Source of the DNA: Callorhinchus milii | Lineage: Eukaryota | NCBI RefSeq assembly: GCF_018977255.1 | Contig: NW_024704742.1 | Coordinates: 74,898,001 to 74,962,000, forward strand | DNA length: 64,000 nt | Reading direction: 5' to 3' | Shown: positions 1 to 13,050 of the stretch, piece by piece | How positions within the stretch are numbered: position 1 is the stretch's first letter | Layout: every line of letters starts with the position of its first letter | Program-made: the position numbers and the translations under genes | Notes under the pieces: model-generated | The model's database searches: none | What the model was told of the DNA's origin: nothing | What the model saw: only the letters and a program-made list of their open reading frames with translations

Positions 1-3000
1 CTAGTTTAACCCAGGAAAAACCCACTTACTTCCCCCTGCAAGTGGGATATTTCTGGATGTCACGCTTATTTCATCATCCTTGGGATTTGAACCCTCTGGA
101 CCCAAGTCTGAGATTTGGACATTTTCTTTTATTTGATTTAGTCAAATATTTTGGAAATGCATCTTAGTGATTGATTAGGTTTGTTAATAAAATGATTTGG
201 GCATTTGACATGGCATCTTATTATGCTAAAACATCTCAAAGTGCTTCAGAGATTTCTGTAAAGTGTTGGGACTGTATTAGTCAGTTAAGGTATCAGGTAC
301 TTCACACACAGCATTGTCCCACAAACAACCATCAAGCAAATTACTTTGTTTAAACAGACCAGAACACTTTCAGAAACCCCCTTCTCTTTTCGAAAAATAC
401 CATGGAATCTTTAAAAACTGAATAGGTAAACGGGACCTCGATTTAAAGTCTCACCTGAAGGATGACTCCTCTGACAATGCAATGCTCTCCCCAGCCTAGA
501 CTGTGAACTCAAAGTTCAGACATGACTGCAACTATTGTACGTTGAAAGGAAGTTAAAGAATCCTGACACTTTACAGCAGAAAGCTGAACATGCTTCTGCC
601 AGCTCTCGATAAGAACAATCCATTTAACTTTTGTTTACTAATCTTTATGCATTTTTCTTTTCCAAATACTTTTTAATTCCCTTTTAAAAACTATTATGGA
701 TTCTCCTTAAATCACCATTTTTGGTGAGAAATTCCTACCAATCCTAAAACAACAGCAACAACAAACTGCATCAAATGCAAGGATTATTATTATTATTTAT
801 ATAGCACCTTTCACATAGGGAGGACTTCCCAATGCCCTGGAATCTTTCTAACCATTCTCTTTGGAGCTTTTTGGGAAGTTATGTCATCTTGTTACCAACT
901 CACAAATAGTGGAAATAAAGTAGTTGTTCTCTAGTTTAAAACCATCAATAATTTTGAACACGTTTATAAGGTTTTTTTCAACTCTGTAAAACAGTCTCAG
1001 TCTCTCTGGTTCCCTACTCATAAGTCTTTCTTTCTTGGTATCACCCCAATAAATGACTCCCTAGCTTTGACAACTTTCCTAAAGTGGGGCTCCTGGACAC
1101 AGTACTCCACCTGCAGCCTAACCAACGACTTGCACCGATTTAGCATTACTTTTGTTTGTATTCTATGCCTCTATTTCTGAAACTTAGCATCCAATTAGCT
1201 TTTTTTTAAAAAAACAGTTTTGTTAACTTACCCTCCCACTTTTAAAAATTTGTCTATGTTAACCCACGGAGCACTCTATCACTCCTTGTAAGATTTCATC
1301 CTTTTGTATACATTTGCTCTCAATCTTCTTCCCAAAATGTGCTACCTCACAGTTTTCTGCATTAAATGTCATCTGTCTTCCCAATTCACTAATCTCTCTA
1401 TTCTCCTGAAGTCACTTACAGGCCTCATCGCAGTTAGCCACACTCCCATAAAGCCGGAATGATGAATGATCACACTTAACATCTACTGATAATGATAAAC
1501 CTTAATTATTGTGCTCCTGTTTATTGCTTTGTGTTCTAATAAATATTACCTGAAATTGAATTAAATTAAATAATAATAATCCTTGCATTTGAAATAGTGT
1601 CTTATCATGTTGTTAAACATCTCAGAGTGCTTTGCAGGAGTTATTATAAGATGTATTGACTGCGTATTTGTAGGCGATCATGGTAACCAATTTGCACACA
1701 ACAATGTGCTGCAAACATCCATTAAATGAATGACCAATTTTATAAAGGGGATTGTTGCTCAATACAATAATCCTGGCCAAACCTTGCCCAGTAGTGGATT
1801 TCTTTGGCATTCCTTGCCCACCTGCTTAAGGGGTCCTTATCTGTCAACATGCATCACATTTGGATAATTGATTTTCAATGTTTGAGGAATTTTCTATTGA
1901 AATGACATATGCACTTCACATACAGTGGGGATTTTACTTTCCATACAAAGCACACAGGTACTACACTTCTCATTAAATCAGTATGAGATGTGCTTCTCAT
2001 CTGAAAGGCACTATATCAAATGCAAGGATTATTGCAGTATTATATTATGCAAATTTGTTTTTTTTACAGTAGTCACATTTTACGAGTATTAGATAATATA
2101 TTAGAAATAAAAATACTGAATTAAAAGTGAGCGATAAACTGGAGGAGTGAATTGTTCCTCAGTCAACTGACTGTTTGACTTCCAGCCAAGTTACATAAAT
2201 TCAAGCCCCAAAGTTTTTCAGTACTGTGACTCACTTGCTGGTTACATGTAATCAATTTTCAGTTGTGTTGTTGAGAGATTGCCAAGCGATCTGAGAACAT
2301 CTTACAACAGTGATTAAGTTCATGCATTTTCAATAAGGAACGGCACCAAAATTGGTGAAATTAGTCAAGGTTCATCCTTCAGGATGGAGAAGGGTACGTG
2401 ATGGAGAACAGCTTCCAGGAACAGAATATTTTGGAGCATTTGAGTGCAACTTCACAGCTTCATTACAAGAATATATGAGCAAGGAAACAACAACTTGCAT
2501 TAATAAAGGGCCCTTCACATAGGATAATGTCTCAAAGTGAATTACAGCAATTACTCAATTCATTAAAGATAAAACTTCACAAGTAATTACTGCCAAGTGT
2601 AATATCTACAAGATGCCAAGGGCAAGATTCTACAAACAGTCAGGAGGTGATTGACCAACTAGTCTAGTTAATTGTTGACAGGACATCTGCGCTGAGCAAG
2701 GAAGAAATAGGTTCAAATGATAGCACTGTCACCTCTGGGCCAGAAAGCTATGAGTTCAGGTCAGTACTGGAGGAAAATTGCATGGCTAGAGATATCTTTC
2801 TGATGAAACATTAAAGCAATGTTGCATGAATATTAAAGATGACACTTTGACATGGGAGTTTCTCCCAGATGCTCTGTCAACAATTTTTAACCAGATTAGT
2901 TGGTCATTCACCTCCTGACTGTTTGTAGAATCTTGCAATTGGCATCTTGTAGACATTACACTTGGCAGTAATCACTTGTGAAGTACTTTGAAGTGTTATA

Positions 3001-4864
3001 AAATTGTAACACGTTTTATCTTTAATTAATTGAGTAAGTAGGGAAATTAAATAAGGAATAACACTTTATTTCAGTTAGTAATCAATGACATAACCTTAGA
3101 ATTAGAGCTCAGGTGCTGAATAGATAGTCCAGAAAAAATATCTTTATACAAAACATTCTGAGAATATGGAACACATTACCTAGATAAACCATAGACACAG
3201 AGTATTGAGGAGATATAATTTGGTAAATAATGGTTTGGAGAAAAGCTATGGAAATAGTATTGGAGACTTGCCACAGATTAATGCTAAAACAGTCCTTACA
3301 CATGGATTTTGGACACCTGTTCACATACTCCTATCTAATGTGGCTAAATGTGACTGTGGTGTAAATCACCCAGTACATGCTGTGCTTGAATCTTCAAAGT
3401 TTTAGATGGAGTAAACCTAAACAAACATGCCCTATTTATAATAGTCAACTGATGGGTAAAACTGTATGCCAAGACTATCACTTGTCAAAGGCTCTTTTCT
3501 GCCTTCCTGTTAAGATACTATACACATCAGACAGTTACTGGGTGGTAAATTACCACCTGGTAATAGAGAATTATTACTTTGTTTTTCTGAGCACCACAAT
3601 TTAATCTCTTGCTTGATAACCATTTTCAAGAACCCTCTAATGGCCATACTACATATTAACGCAATATACAATTTCAATAATTTCACCACAAAAAAATAAA
3701 TAGGACCAATAATTGTATTGTTATTATTAAGCTAACCTAATTTATTAGGGTCCTTTAAGTTATTTCACAGAAGCTGGGAAAGTCTTACCTCCCATACAAC
3801 TTTTTTTCCCCTTTTTTGGCTCAATAGGAAAAAAGGCAAACGGAAAAGCACTTAATGCAATCTTCCTCAATGTCCCAAAGGTTGTGAACACAAACAGAGC
3901 AAATGGAGTAGAACATTTGCTGAGGACCACAGGTCAGCTAGATGGCAAATGACTCTTGGGCAATATTTAAGTGCACTGTAATAATAACACTGTGATAGAA
4001 GATTAACTATCCCAAATTATTCTATGCAAATATCTGTGAGGTCTCAACCTGATACTAAGGTCCTTTCCTTGCAGTATTCCTTGTCTTTCATGCAGAAATC
4101 TATTCTGAGTTGAGACAATATTTCTGAGCTCCCAGTGGCTGATAGGATTAAATGTGTCTGTACAAAATGTACTCTTGTTAAGGGTGACTCCAGCTACATC
4201 CTCTTGTGCCAATTAAACACAATCATAAATATCATTTGATTTGATTCCTGAGAGCACGTATTGTTATTGTGTGTTTGAATTATTGGAGGAACTTTTCAGA
4301 TGATAGCCTTTACTCAAAAGCTTTCCAACCTTCAGTAATTTATCAGCATGTCACATCCATCTGTCCTACAACAGGATTGTGACTCACACCTGACTCATTA
4401 GTAGCCAGGCAGCAACCTCCAACCTATTTCCTGTGAGAAGCATCTGTTAGTCTCCCCTAAAAGATTAGAGGAGCTACTATAAACCAGAGTGTGCACTGCA
4501 ACAGGATGAGGCCAATGAATGGATTCAGTGTGCTTGACAGAAGAATGCCTCTAGGATACATACTAGTTACTCATCGAACTGAATGATAAAACATGTTCAC
4601 ACCTTGACTTACAGAATATCAGCCTCTCTTAAGTTGTACAGAAACTATGATAGAACATGTGAATCAACTGACAATCAACAACAACAACTTGCACTTATGT
4701 AGCACCCACTACCCAAGGTAGTGTCTCAGAGCGGCTACAGTGAAATGTAGATTTCACTACTTTTTAAAAAAAAAATGTGTTCCTTTTTAAATGTAGATGT
4801 TACGTGAAGGAACTACATTTGTTTATGCATTTTTTGTTTTGCATTTAGTTACATTGTAACTAAC

Positions 4865-5560
4865 TATCCTTTCTACCCCACATCCATGCCATGATCCACT
4901 CTGCTTTCCTCCACCTCCGCAACATCGCCCGGCTTCGCCACTGTTTCACATTGGAGGCTACCAAGACCCTCGTACACACATTCATAACATCCAGCTTGAC
5001 TATGAAAACTTCCTGCTTGTTCGCCTCCGCAACTCCTCACTCCAAAGGCTGCAGATCATCCAGAACTCTGCAGCCTGTGTCCTCTCCCGCACCAGGCTCT
5101 GTGACCCTATCACCCCCATCCTTAACTGACTCCACTGGCTTCCCAACACATAGAAGATATAGTTCAAGATGCTGGTCCTCAGTTTCAAAGCCCTCCACGG
5201 TCTTGCTCCCCCCTACTTCTGTAACCTTCTAACCCCCTACCAACCTGCCCGCAACTTCCATTCAGTGGGCTCTGGCTGCTTCACGTCCCCTGCCTCGCCC
5301 GCCCCACCACTGGCAGGCGAGCCTTCAGCCACTCTGCCCCCACAATCTGGAACTCCATTCCACAATCCCTCTGCCTCGCCCCCTCTGTTGCTTCCTTCAA
5401 GACCCGACTCAAGTCCCTCCTCTTCGACCGTGTCTTCGATCACACCCCTACCCTCCAGCCTACCTGATCCCGAACCCCAGGTCAGAAATACTGATTGTCC
5501 AGCGCCTTGGGACATCCTCCCAATGTGAAAGGCGCTATACACATATGATTTTGTTGTTGT
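4865..5560 (+). mobile_element. L2 LINE 3' fragment
   Basis: SAFLHLRNIARLRH..TLVHTFITS..FKALHGLAPPY; tail agcgccttgggacatcctcccaatgtgaaaggcgctata..ttgttgttg. Confidence 0.9.
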
Positions 5561-7099
5561 AACTAGGCAGGAATATCAATGAAATTCAAAATCTTTTTGA
5601 TGATTGTTTTCTTATTAGGTTTGACATGGAAATTGGCAGTGTAGGTCACAAATGCACAAACATTACCTAGGCAGGTATTTTGCCCTTAAACCTGGACAAC
5701 AGTCTGCCTCTTCAGATGGATGTTAAAGATTTCATGGCACTATTTGAAAAGAGGAGTTTTTTTCCTCAGTGTCCTAACCAACAATTCCCCAGATAAAACA
5801 TTTCATGGCTGCTGGGACATGGAATAGGGACATTGCTGTACACAAAATATACTACCTTCCTATCAAATGGAAGTATTATTATTACATGGACCAGTTGTAA
5901 GGATCTTATTAGAAATGTTAAGCCATTAGGTTTGCCAACACACCATGCAACAATCGTTTTATAAAGGGAATTTAGGAAGGAAAGTGTCATAGCAACGGTA
6001 GTGTAATAGCACAGATGGATTGCTGTTTTCCGTGAGTGGTAAAAGGCTTAGGGTCCTGAAATACAGTAACTGTACACTTTCTATTAATTGATGTGTGTAC
6101 TACTTGTAGGATTGGTCAATTCACAATTGATTAAATGTACGAGTGGCAATGCAAATGAACTCTGGGGTCTGGGTGCTCCAAACATTGGTGAATGTTATTA
6201 GGAGCCTGTCATTCATTCCACTTTGAAAAGATTGGAATGTTTCCAAGCATGCAGAATGTGAGAAGGTCCTTTAAAGAAGAAATCATGATACATTTTGGAC
6301 TTATGTTTTCAAGAATTGCTCCAACAATATAGCTTCAAAAATAATGAATCTGCAAATTGTTTCAAATACAGTTAAGGCTAGAAGTTTACAGACCTATTTG
6401 ATATGCTCTTGCCGACATATGTAAAGGCAACTGCAGATCAGTGGTTAGAGCACTCGCCTTGCAAACGAGAGACCTGGGGTTCAGTTTACTTACTTCACAC
6501 TCTTCTGTTCACCTAGCAGTAAGTAGGAACCTGGTTGTTAGTCAATTGGCAGATCACTTTTCTGGGTGTACTAATTTATTTTTTAAAAAATAATAATTTG
6601 GTCACTTAATCCACGACTGTTTGTGGGACACTGCTGTGTACGATTGGCTGCGGCGTTTCCCCCACAAAATATATAGTCAATTCACTTTACATTATATTTT
6701 GTGAAGCACTTTAAGAGGTCTCGAAGACATGATAAGGCGCTTTATCAAATGCAAGGATTAGTATTATAGAACACCGCACATGTGCATCCCAACATAAATC
6801 ACCCTCCACTCTCCTCGTCCTCCCTCCCAAGGGTGAAACACCAACGTCATCACGCACAGCAGCGGGGCGGGAGGGGGCTGAGAGAGGAAAGTGTGGCACC
6901 TGATCACGTGGTTAGCGCGTGGGTGGGGAATACCTGATCACCTGGAGAGTGAAGAGACCCATCACTGTGTATTATGAATGTAGCTGGAGCACAGCCTCAT
7001 GGCTATAATAGCAGTGCTGTACTCACTTGCCTGCTTTCAGGTTTTCCCCAACTGACAGCTGTGTAAAGTATAAGGCAACACATATCTCCCTTTATAACT

Positions 7100-7420
7100 G
7101 GAGTCCTGTAGCTCAGTGGTTAGAGCACTCGCTTTGCAAGTGAGAGACCTGAGTTCAATTCCAGGCAGGTCAGGGCGAAACCTTGGGCAAGTTTCCTTAC
7201 TCCACACGCCTAATAATAATCCCTCCAAAACCAAAAACAATAATAAATTGGTCATTTTCAATCTACGACTGTTTGTGGGACATTGCTGTGCGCAATTGGC
7301 TGCCGCGTTCGCCCACAAATATACAGTCAATTCACTTTACAGTGTGTTCTGTGAAGCGCTTTGGGACGTCCTCCCGACGTGAAAAGCGCTATATCAAATG
7401 CAAGGATTATTATTATTATT
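7100..7420 (+). mobile_element. Full-length young tRNA(Ala)-derived SINE with L2-type tail
   Basis: GGAGTCCTGTAGCTCAGTGGTTAGAGC (A box), TGC anticodon loop, GTTCAATTCC (B box), conserved body, L2-like tail and (ATT)n. Confidence 0.95.
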
Positions 7421-7455
7421 AATATTATTATTAACTGAGACAATTAAGTGGACTC

Positions 7456-7720
7456 TTAACAAACCCTCTTAAATAACTCATCAATTTGATCTGTGCAGTC
7501 ATTGCCTTCTGCATACTCAGAGAATTTGCCCATTTCCTGTAATATTGTCCCAGACCAGCAATGGGAAGCCCAAACATTTTATAATTACATGAGTTTATAC
7601 AATGTCTCAGAATAAATAACAATCACATTGAACATGGCCACGCTGAAGCCATCTCCAAGCATTCTGAAGGCAATGACTGCACAGGCCAAATTGATGAATT
7701 ATTTAAGAGGAGGATGTTAA
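7456..7720. mobile_element. MITE-like element with about 55 bp inverted termini bounded by TTAA; reverse partial copy at about 8310-8422
   Basis: ttaacaaaccctcttaaataactcatcaatttgatctgtgcagtcattgccttc pairs with gaaggcaatgactgcacaggccaaattgatgaattatttaagaggaggatgttaa. Confidence 0.6.
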
Positions 7721-8467
7721 TAATATTATACTTAATAATAATTAAATGGACCCTTAAATAATTCACCCATTTGTATCATCTCCCACTGCAAGAAAAATCA
7801 AATCAAATCAGGGAAGGCAACAGGAACATTCAAATAAAACATTTACAGATAATAAAACAGGATGAAAAGTACATGAAAATGATTGAAAATAAAAATTTAC
7901 AGTTTGAAACCTTGTCTTAATATCACCACCAGTTCAGTACTTGTGTATTTGTTATGTGCAAGTCATATAAAATCTGACTTATACATAACTTTACTTATAT
8001 CATATATGATACGACTTATGCAAGTTTGACGTAACTCATACTTTGCATAGTATGGGACGCCCTCCGGCGTGGAGGATGCTACATAATTCCAAGTTGTTGT
8101 TTATATGATTTATGTGAGGTTTACTGTAGTTGCTGAATTCAACTCTTCAAAGAGTCGGTACAGACACAATGGGCCGAATGGCCTCCTTCTGTGCTGTATA
8201 ATTCTATGATTCGATGAACGTTGAGTTTTCTCATTGTTCCAGGAAGTCAGGGAGTTGAAAATGGTCATGTATAATGTATATGTTTCTTGTTCTGAGACAT
8301 TTTATATTTGTGTAATTATAAAATATTTTGATTTCCCAATGCTGGTCTGGGACAATATTACAAGCAATGGGCAAATTCTCTGAGCCTGCTGAAGGCAATG
8401 ACTGCACAGGTCAGATTGATGAACATGACTGTTAACTCATAGAAGACTCTGCAGATATGTTTCTGTT

Positions 8468-8737
8468 ATAATAATAATAATCCTTGCATTTAATATAGCG
8501 CTTTTCACGTCTTCTAGACTTCCCAAAGCGCTTCACAGAATATACTGTAAAGTGAATTGACTGTATATTTGTGGGCGAACGTGGCAGTCAATTGCGCACA
8601 GCAGTGTCCCACAAACAGTCGTAGATTAAAAATGATCAATTTATTATTGTTTTGTTTTTTTGGAGGGATTATTATTAGGCATGTGAAGTAAGGAAACTTG
8701 CCTAAGGTTTCGCCCTGCCTGGAATTGAATTCAGGTC
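8468..8737 (-). mobile_element. SINE copy missing most of the tRNA head
   Basis: Reverse complement of the family body. Confidence 0.9.
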
Positions 8738-9894
8738 AATTCTGCGGCATTCTACCAACAGTCTTAAATCTGGACTAAGTGACTGCTGGTACGATAGGAC
8801 TCCTTCAAAATACACTGAAAAACGTGCCTCTTTGACTGTGCCTTCAGCCACTTCCTACTACTGCCCCTTTACTCTCTCTCATTCTGCTCAGGCTTCCAGT
8901 GCACCTCTGTAAAGTGCTTTGAGTTGTTGAACTACGTGAAGGTGCTATATAAGTTTTTGTTGCATGCTGCTCTGATAGAAGCTGATCATATAGAAGCATT
9001 AATTTCCGAACAAATCTAATTTCTTATCCCTGAAATAAATAATTTGAATGATTTGCTAATATCCACTACAAGAACAAATTGCATTTGTATAACCGCCTTT
9101 CATATCAGAAGGCTATCCCAAGGCAGTCGAGGGTTTGCACCTGAGCTGGGATTGGATTTGGAAGGAGTGGGGGCCAATGGAGGTGGGTGGAGGTGGGGGT
9201 AGGAAGATGACCGAAGGTTAAAGAGTACTTTGAAGGAGGGAGAAAAAAGGAGCAAGGCCAAGGGATTCTGGGATGGAGTTCTACTAATACCAGAACTTCA
9301 CACAAGTCTTAACTAAAATGATTATGTGAGCTCTTCATATAAAAATTCATTGGTTGTTAAACAAGTTACACACTTGTGACAGGAAGCTATAATCCTGACC
9401 ATCTAACTCTAAAGGCCATCTCCTTTGACAACAGCTACACAACACCACTCTATTCAGTGTAAGACTGTGTTCCTGTAAGTAATACCAGCCTTGTATTCTG
9501 TCCTCTCCTTCCTATGATGTGGTATATATGATTCAGAGAACCTGGGACATGTACAAACTAAATGAATCCTATGTTTGTTCAAGAACAACCCATGGAATAC
9601 TTCAATAATTATTTTTAACGTATTTTGAAATAATTTTTGAAATTGTCAGCAATAGATGTGATGATAATAACATGGATATAAGCTTTTTCAGAAATGTAAG
9701 CATTTAATATAGAGAAGAAAGTTGTCATAGGTCCATCCATTCCATGGACAGTTTGCCAAAATATAAATAATGCACAGGATTATTAATCTTGATTAAGTGT
9801 TTTTAATTAACAGTTAACATTTCAGTTAAATGACACACAATGATTGTTATTTACTAACAACATTTAAACTATGTTTAAAAAAAAAGCTACAAAC

Positions 9895-10022
9895 CTTTCA
9901 GACCATCTTTCCGGGAGAAACTCATCAGGATGATCAAAATAATCAGGATCCCTATGGACAGCAAAGGCTATGAACATCACTGAATACCCTTTTGGAATTA
10001 TGTAACCACAGAGTGTAGTGTC
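9895..10022 (-). CDS. CYP16A1: CYP16-like coding exon 9 (PERW meander); gene continues toward or beyond the window start
   Basis: cttcttttcgcag|...AG|GTTTGT, 128 nt, phase 0 to 2; DTTLCGYIIPKGYSVMFIAFAVHRDPDYFDHPDEFLPERWSE. Confidence 0.95.
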
Positions 10023-11901
10023 CTGCGAAAAGAAGACCAGACTTACAATCTAGTTTGGTCAAAGAGTGACTTTTAAATTCATATGTTCATCTCTACAAAT
10101 CAGTATAGCTACAACACTGAAGTAACAAAGTTATTTTTCTTATTCTTCCAATATGAACAATATATGTATCAGCCTGGCACAGTTGGTAGCATTATCGCCT
10201 CAAATAATAATCCTTGCATTTGTTATAGCACCTTATAAGTCTTCGAGACATCTCAAAGTGCTTCACAGAATACACTTTAAAATGTTGTGTGGGCGAAACG
10301 CGGCAGCCAATCCCACAAACAGTTGTGGATTGAGTGACCAATTTATTATTATTGTTGTGATTTCAAGGTTGTGGTGCTGCAGGTGCCCAGCATCATCAGC
10401 ATTATCCTTCAGGTTACTTGTTAAACCAAGGTCCAGTCTGCCTGTTTAAGTGCATGTGAAAGATCCCATGGCACTATTCTCCAACAGTCCCCAGTTAAAT
10501 GGGGTCATTCACTTCATGGATGTCTGTGGGATATTGTTGTGCACAAATTGGCTTCCATGTTCACCCACAACACACACACAGTCAATGCACTACATGTCAG
10601 TGGCTGTTTTGTGCAAAGCAACTGACATCATCAGCAACCTGACAACTCAACAGTCAGTCATTATTTCTCACTTGCTTATAACACAACACATTTGCCCATG
10701 AAAGTGATTGCAGTTCACAATATATCCTCTGAAGCGCTTTGGGACATCCTCCTGACATGTAGAGCACTATACCAAATATAAGTATTATTTATTATATATT
10801 TATAGCACGGCCTCTGAGTTAATGGACCCAAACGACTGGGTTTGATAGGCCAAATGACCTGTGGTGTAACGTTTTATGAGTCAATGTTTATTTTCAAATG
10901 CAATTTTCCAGCAGGTAATTAGCACTGTGACAGCAAAATATATATGGGAAAACGGTGAGTAAGAACACAGCTCTCTCCTCAATGGGACCTGCCATAAAAA
11001 ATCATCCCATTCATCCTGATGAATGAAACAGTAATCCTCAACATCATTTTACAAGACAGCTTTTACTGGTGTTTACTAAGCTGACTTTTTTTCTCTCTGT
11101 ATCTTTCTCTTTGGCTCAGTCCCTGGCCCTCAATTTTCTCCTCAAGCTAATTAACAGACACAGATGGTGCATATTCCTCCTGGGAGTAAAATTGTAACAT
11201 TCTGCCAATTACTACCTGCAGATTCTCCTGCCTCTTGAAATACCACTATCAGTGGAAATACATACATAGATATGTGTAAAATATAATCTAGTAGTGAATA
11301 CCCACATCTCACCAGTTCTGGCCAGGCTCCACTGGCTCCCCATTGCCAAACGGATCGACTTCAAGATCCGCACACTTGTATTCAAATCTTTTCACTCTCT
11401 AGCACCTCCCTACCTCTCCGACCTCTGCTCGACTGGCACCGGCCTCCTGCTCATCCCTCGCACCCTCCACCCCACCATCGGAGGTCGCGCTTTCTGCCAC
11501 TATGCCCCAACACTCTGGAACACTAGGAATCCTGTAGCTCAGTGGTTAGAGCACTCGCTTTGCAAGCGAGAGACCCGAGTTCAATTCCAGGCAGGGCGAA
11601 ACCTTGGGCAAGTTTCCTTACTCCACACGCCTAATAATAATCCCTCCAACTTCTCACCAGCTGACCGAGTATCCACATGGCCAAAGATCCTAACAACCAT
11701 TATGCTCCAGAACGCTCAGACTAAGTCTCCTGCCAAGGAGAGATCCATCTTTGTTAACAAATATTAGCCAAATGTACTGGAAAATGTAAGAAACACATTG
11801 TGCAAATTTATACACTTCTTATTGATCTGATACAAGTAATCTGTATTCACCCTCAATTCAAGAAGGTTTGTGAGTCTGCTTGATTTAAATTAAAAAAATA
11901 C

Positions 11902-12012
11902 CTGTTTTGCGATTCTCCGTCCACCAATAAAAGAGGGCCAAAGTCTCTGGACCTCCAGCAGCACATTGTTCAGATAGTCTTCACTTTCTTGTGCACATTT
12001 ATGAATATGGAT
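11902..12012 (-). CDS. CYP16A1: CYP16-like coding exon 8 (K-helix ExxR)
   Basis: ccctactcag|...CAG|GTATTT, 111 nt, phase 0 to 0; IHIHKCAQESEDYLNNVLLEVQRLWPSFIGGRRIAKQ containing EVQR. Confidence 0.93.
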
Positions 12013-12339
12013 CTGAGTAGGGATAAAGTATGAGCAAATAGCAGCATCTTTCTACATTGTAAATAAATCAATGGGTGGAGCATGCATCTTTATTATTTAA
12101 CTATGAATGGTTTTAAGCATTGCATATAAAAAATTAGCATTCATATTTCCATCCCATATTGCTCTTAGTTCCAACTTTACATTATGTGGGAAATGTACTC
12201 GCATTGTGAGCATGGGATTTTAATATTACCGTTGGATCCAATTTAGAAATGATATAGAAACCACATGAATCACCAACCAGATGAATTCACACCAACAGTA
12301 GAACGGTCACGGTATAAGCAAAAGATTGCATCAAAAACC

Positions 12340-13050
12340 TTAATTTATGTAGCATATATCATGTAAGATAACATCCTTGACTGCTTCACAATTTTGAGCA
12401 AGAAAACATAGGTGAAGAGGTAGGTTTTTAGGCAGGATTTTAAAGCATAGAGAGGTGGAGGGAGGGAGTTCCAGAGTTTAGAGGACTAGTTGGTGAAAGC
12501 TCAGCCATTGATGCAAGCTTGAAAGGGACAGGGGACATCTAGAGGGCATGAGTTAGCTGAGCAGGAGTGAGCAGTAGTGTAGAAGATCACAGAGACAGGG
12601 AGATGCAAAATCATGAAGGGGATTATGAGCACCTTGAAGTCAATCCCTTGTGAGCTAGTGCAGCCTGGCAAGGATTGGGGCGATGGGAAAGTGAAGTTTG
12701 GTGTGGGTGAGGAATTTTGCTTCAGCTTTAGAACAGTGGAACGTCAAGGAGTGTATTTGGGAAGTTGAATTGGAAGATAAAGGCAAGAATGAGGGTTTTT
12801 AGCTGTGTTAGGTGTGAGGTAGGGGTGAAGGTGGACAATGTGGCAAAGATGAAGAAAAACAGTCTTGGCTTAGTAAGCTGGAGTGTGCATCTTTGGATGG
12901 TGATGCTGTAAGTGCCGAGATGTGGAGGTACTGATGGGAACCATTCAGGAGAGCCTCGGTCTTGTTGATGTTCAACTGAAGAAACTTAGCTCTCATCTTG
13001 GACTTGATGTCTGTCAGACATCAGTGAGTTTGATAGAGAGGCCAGGAAGG
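12340..13050 (-). mobile_element. Old L2 relic followed by a CR1 3' tail (about 13055-13260, minus strand)
   Basis: MRAKFLQLNINKTEALL; agaatcatagaatcctacagcacagaaggaggccatttggccc is the reverse-strand CR1 tail. Confidence 0.75.

Noticed and set aside
7100..7175. tRNA-Ala(TGC) genes at the SINE heads
   Set aside because: Each runs directly into the SINE body and tail and lacks a proper acceptor stem; these are SINE heads.
7183..7422. Recurrent ORFs ending ..[12 protein letters not shown] as a peptide gene family
   Set aside because: They are translations of the SINE body.
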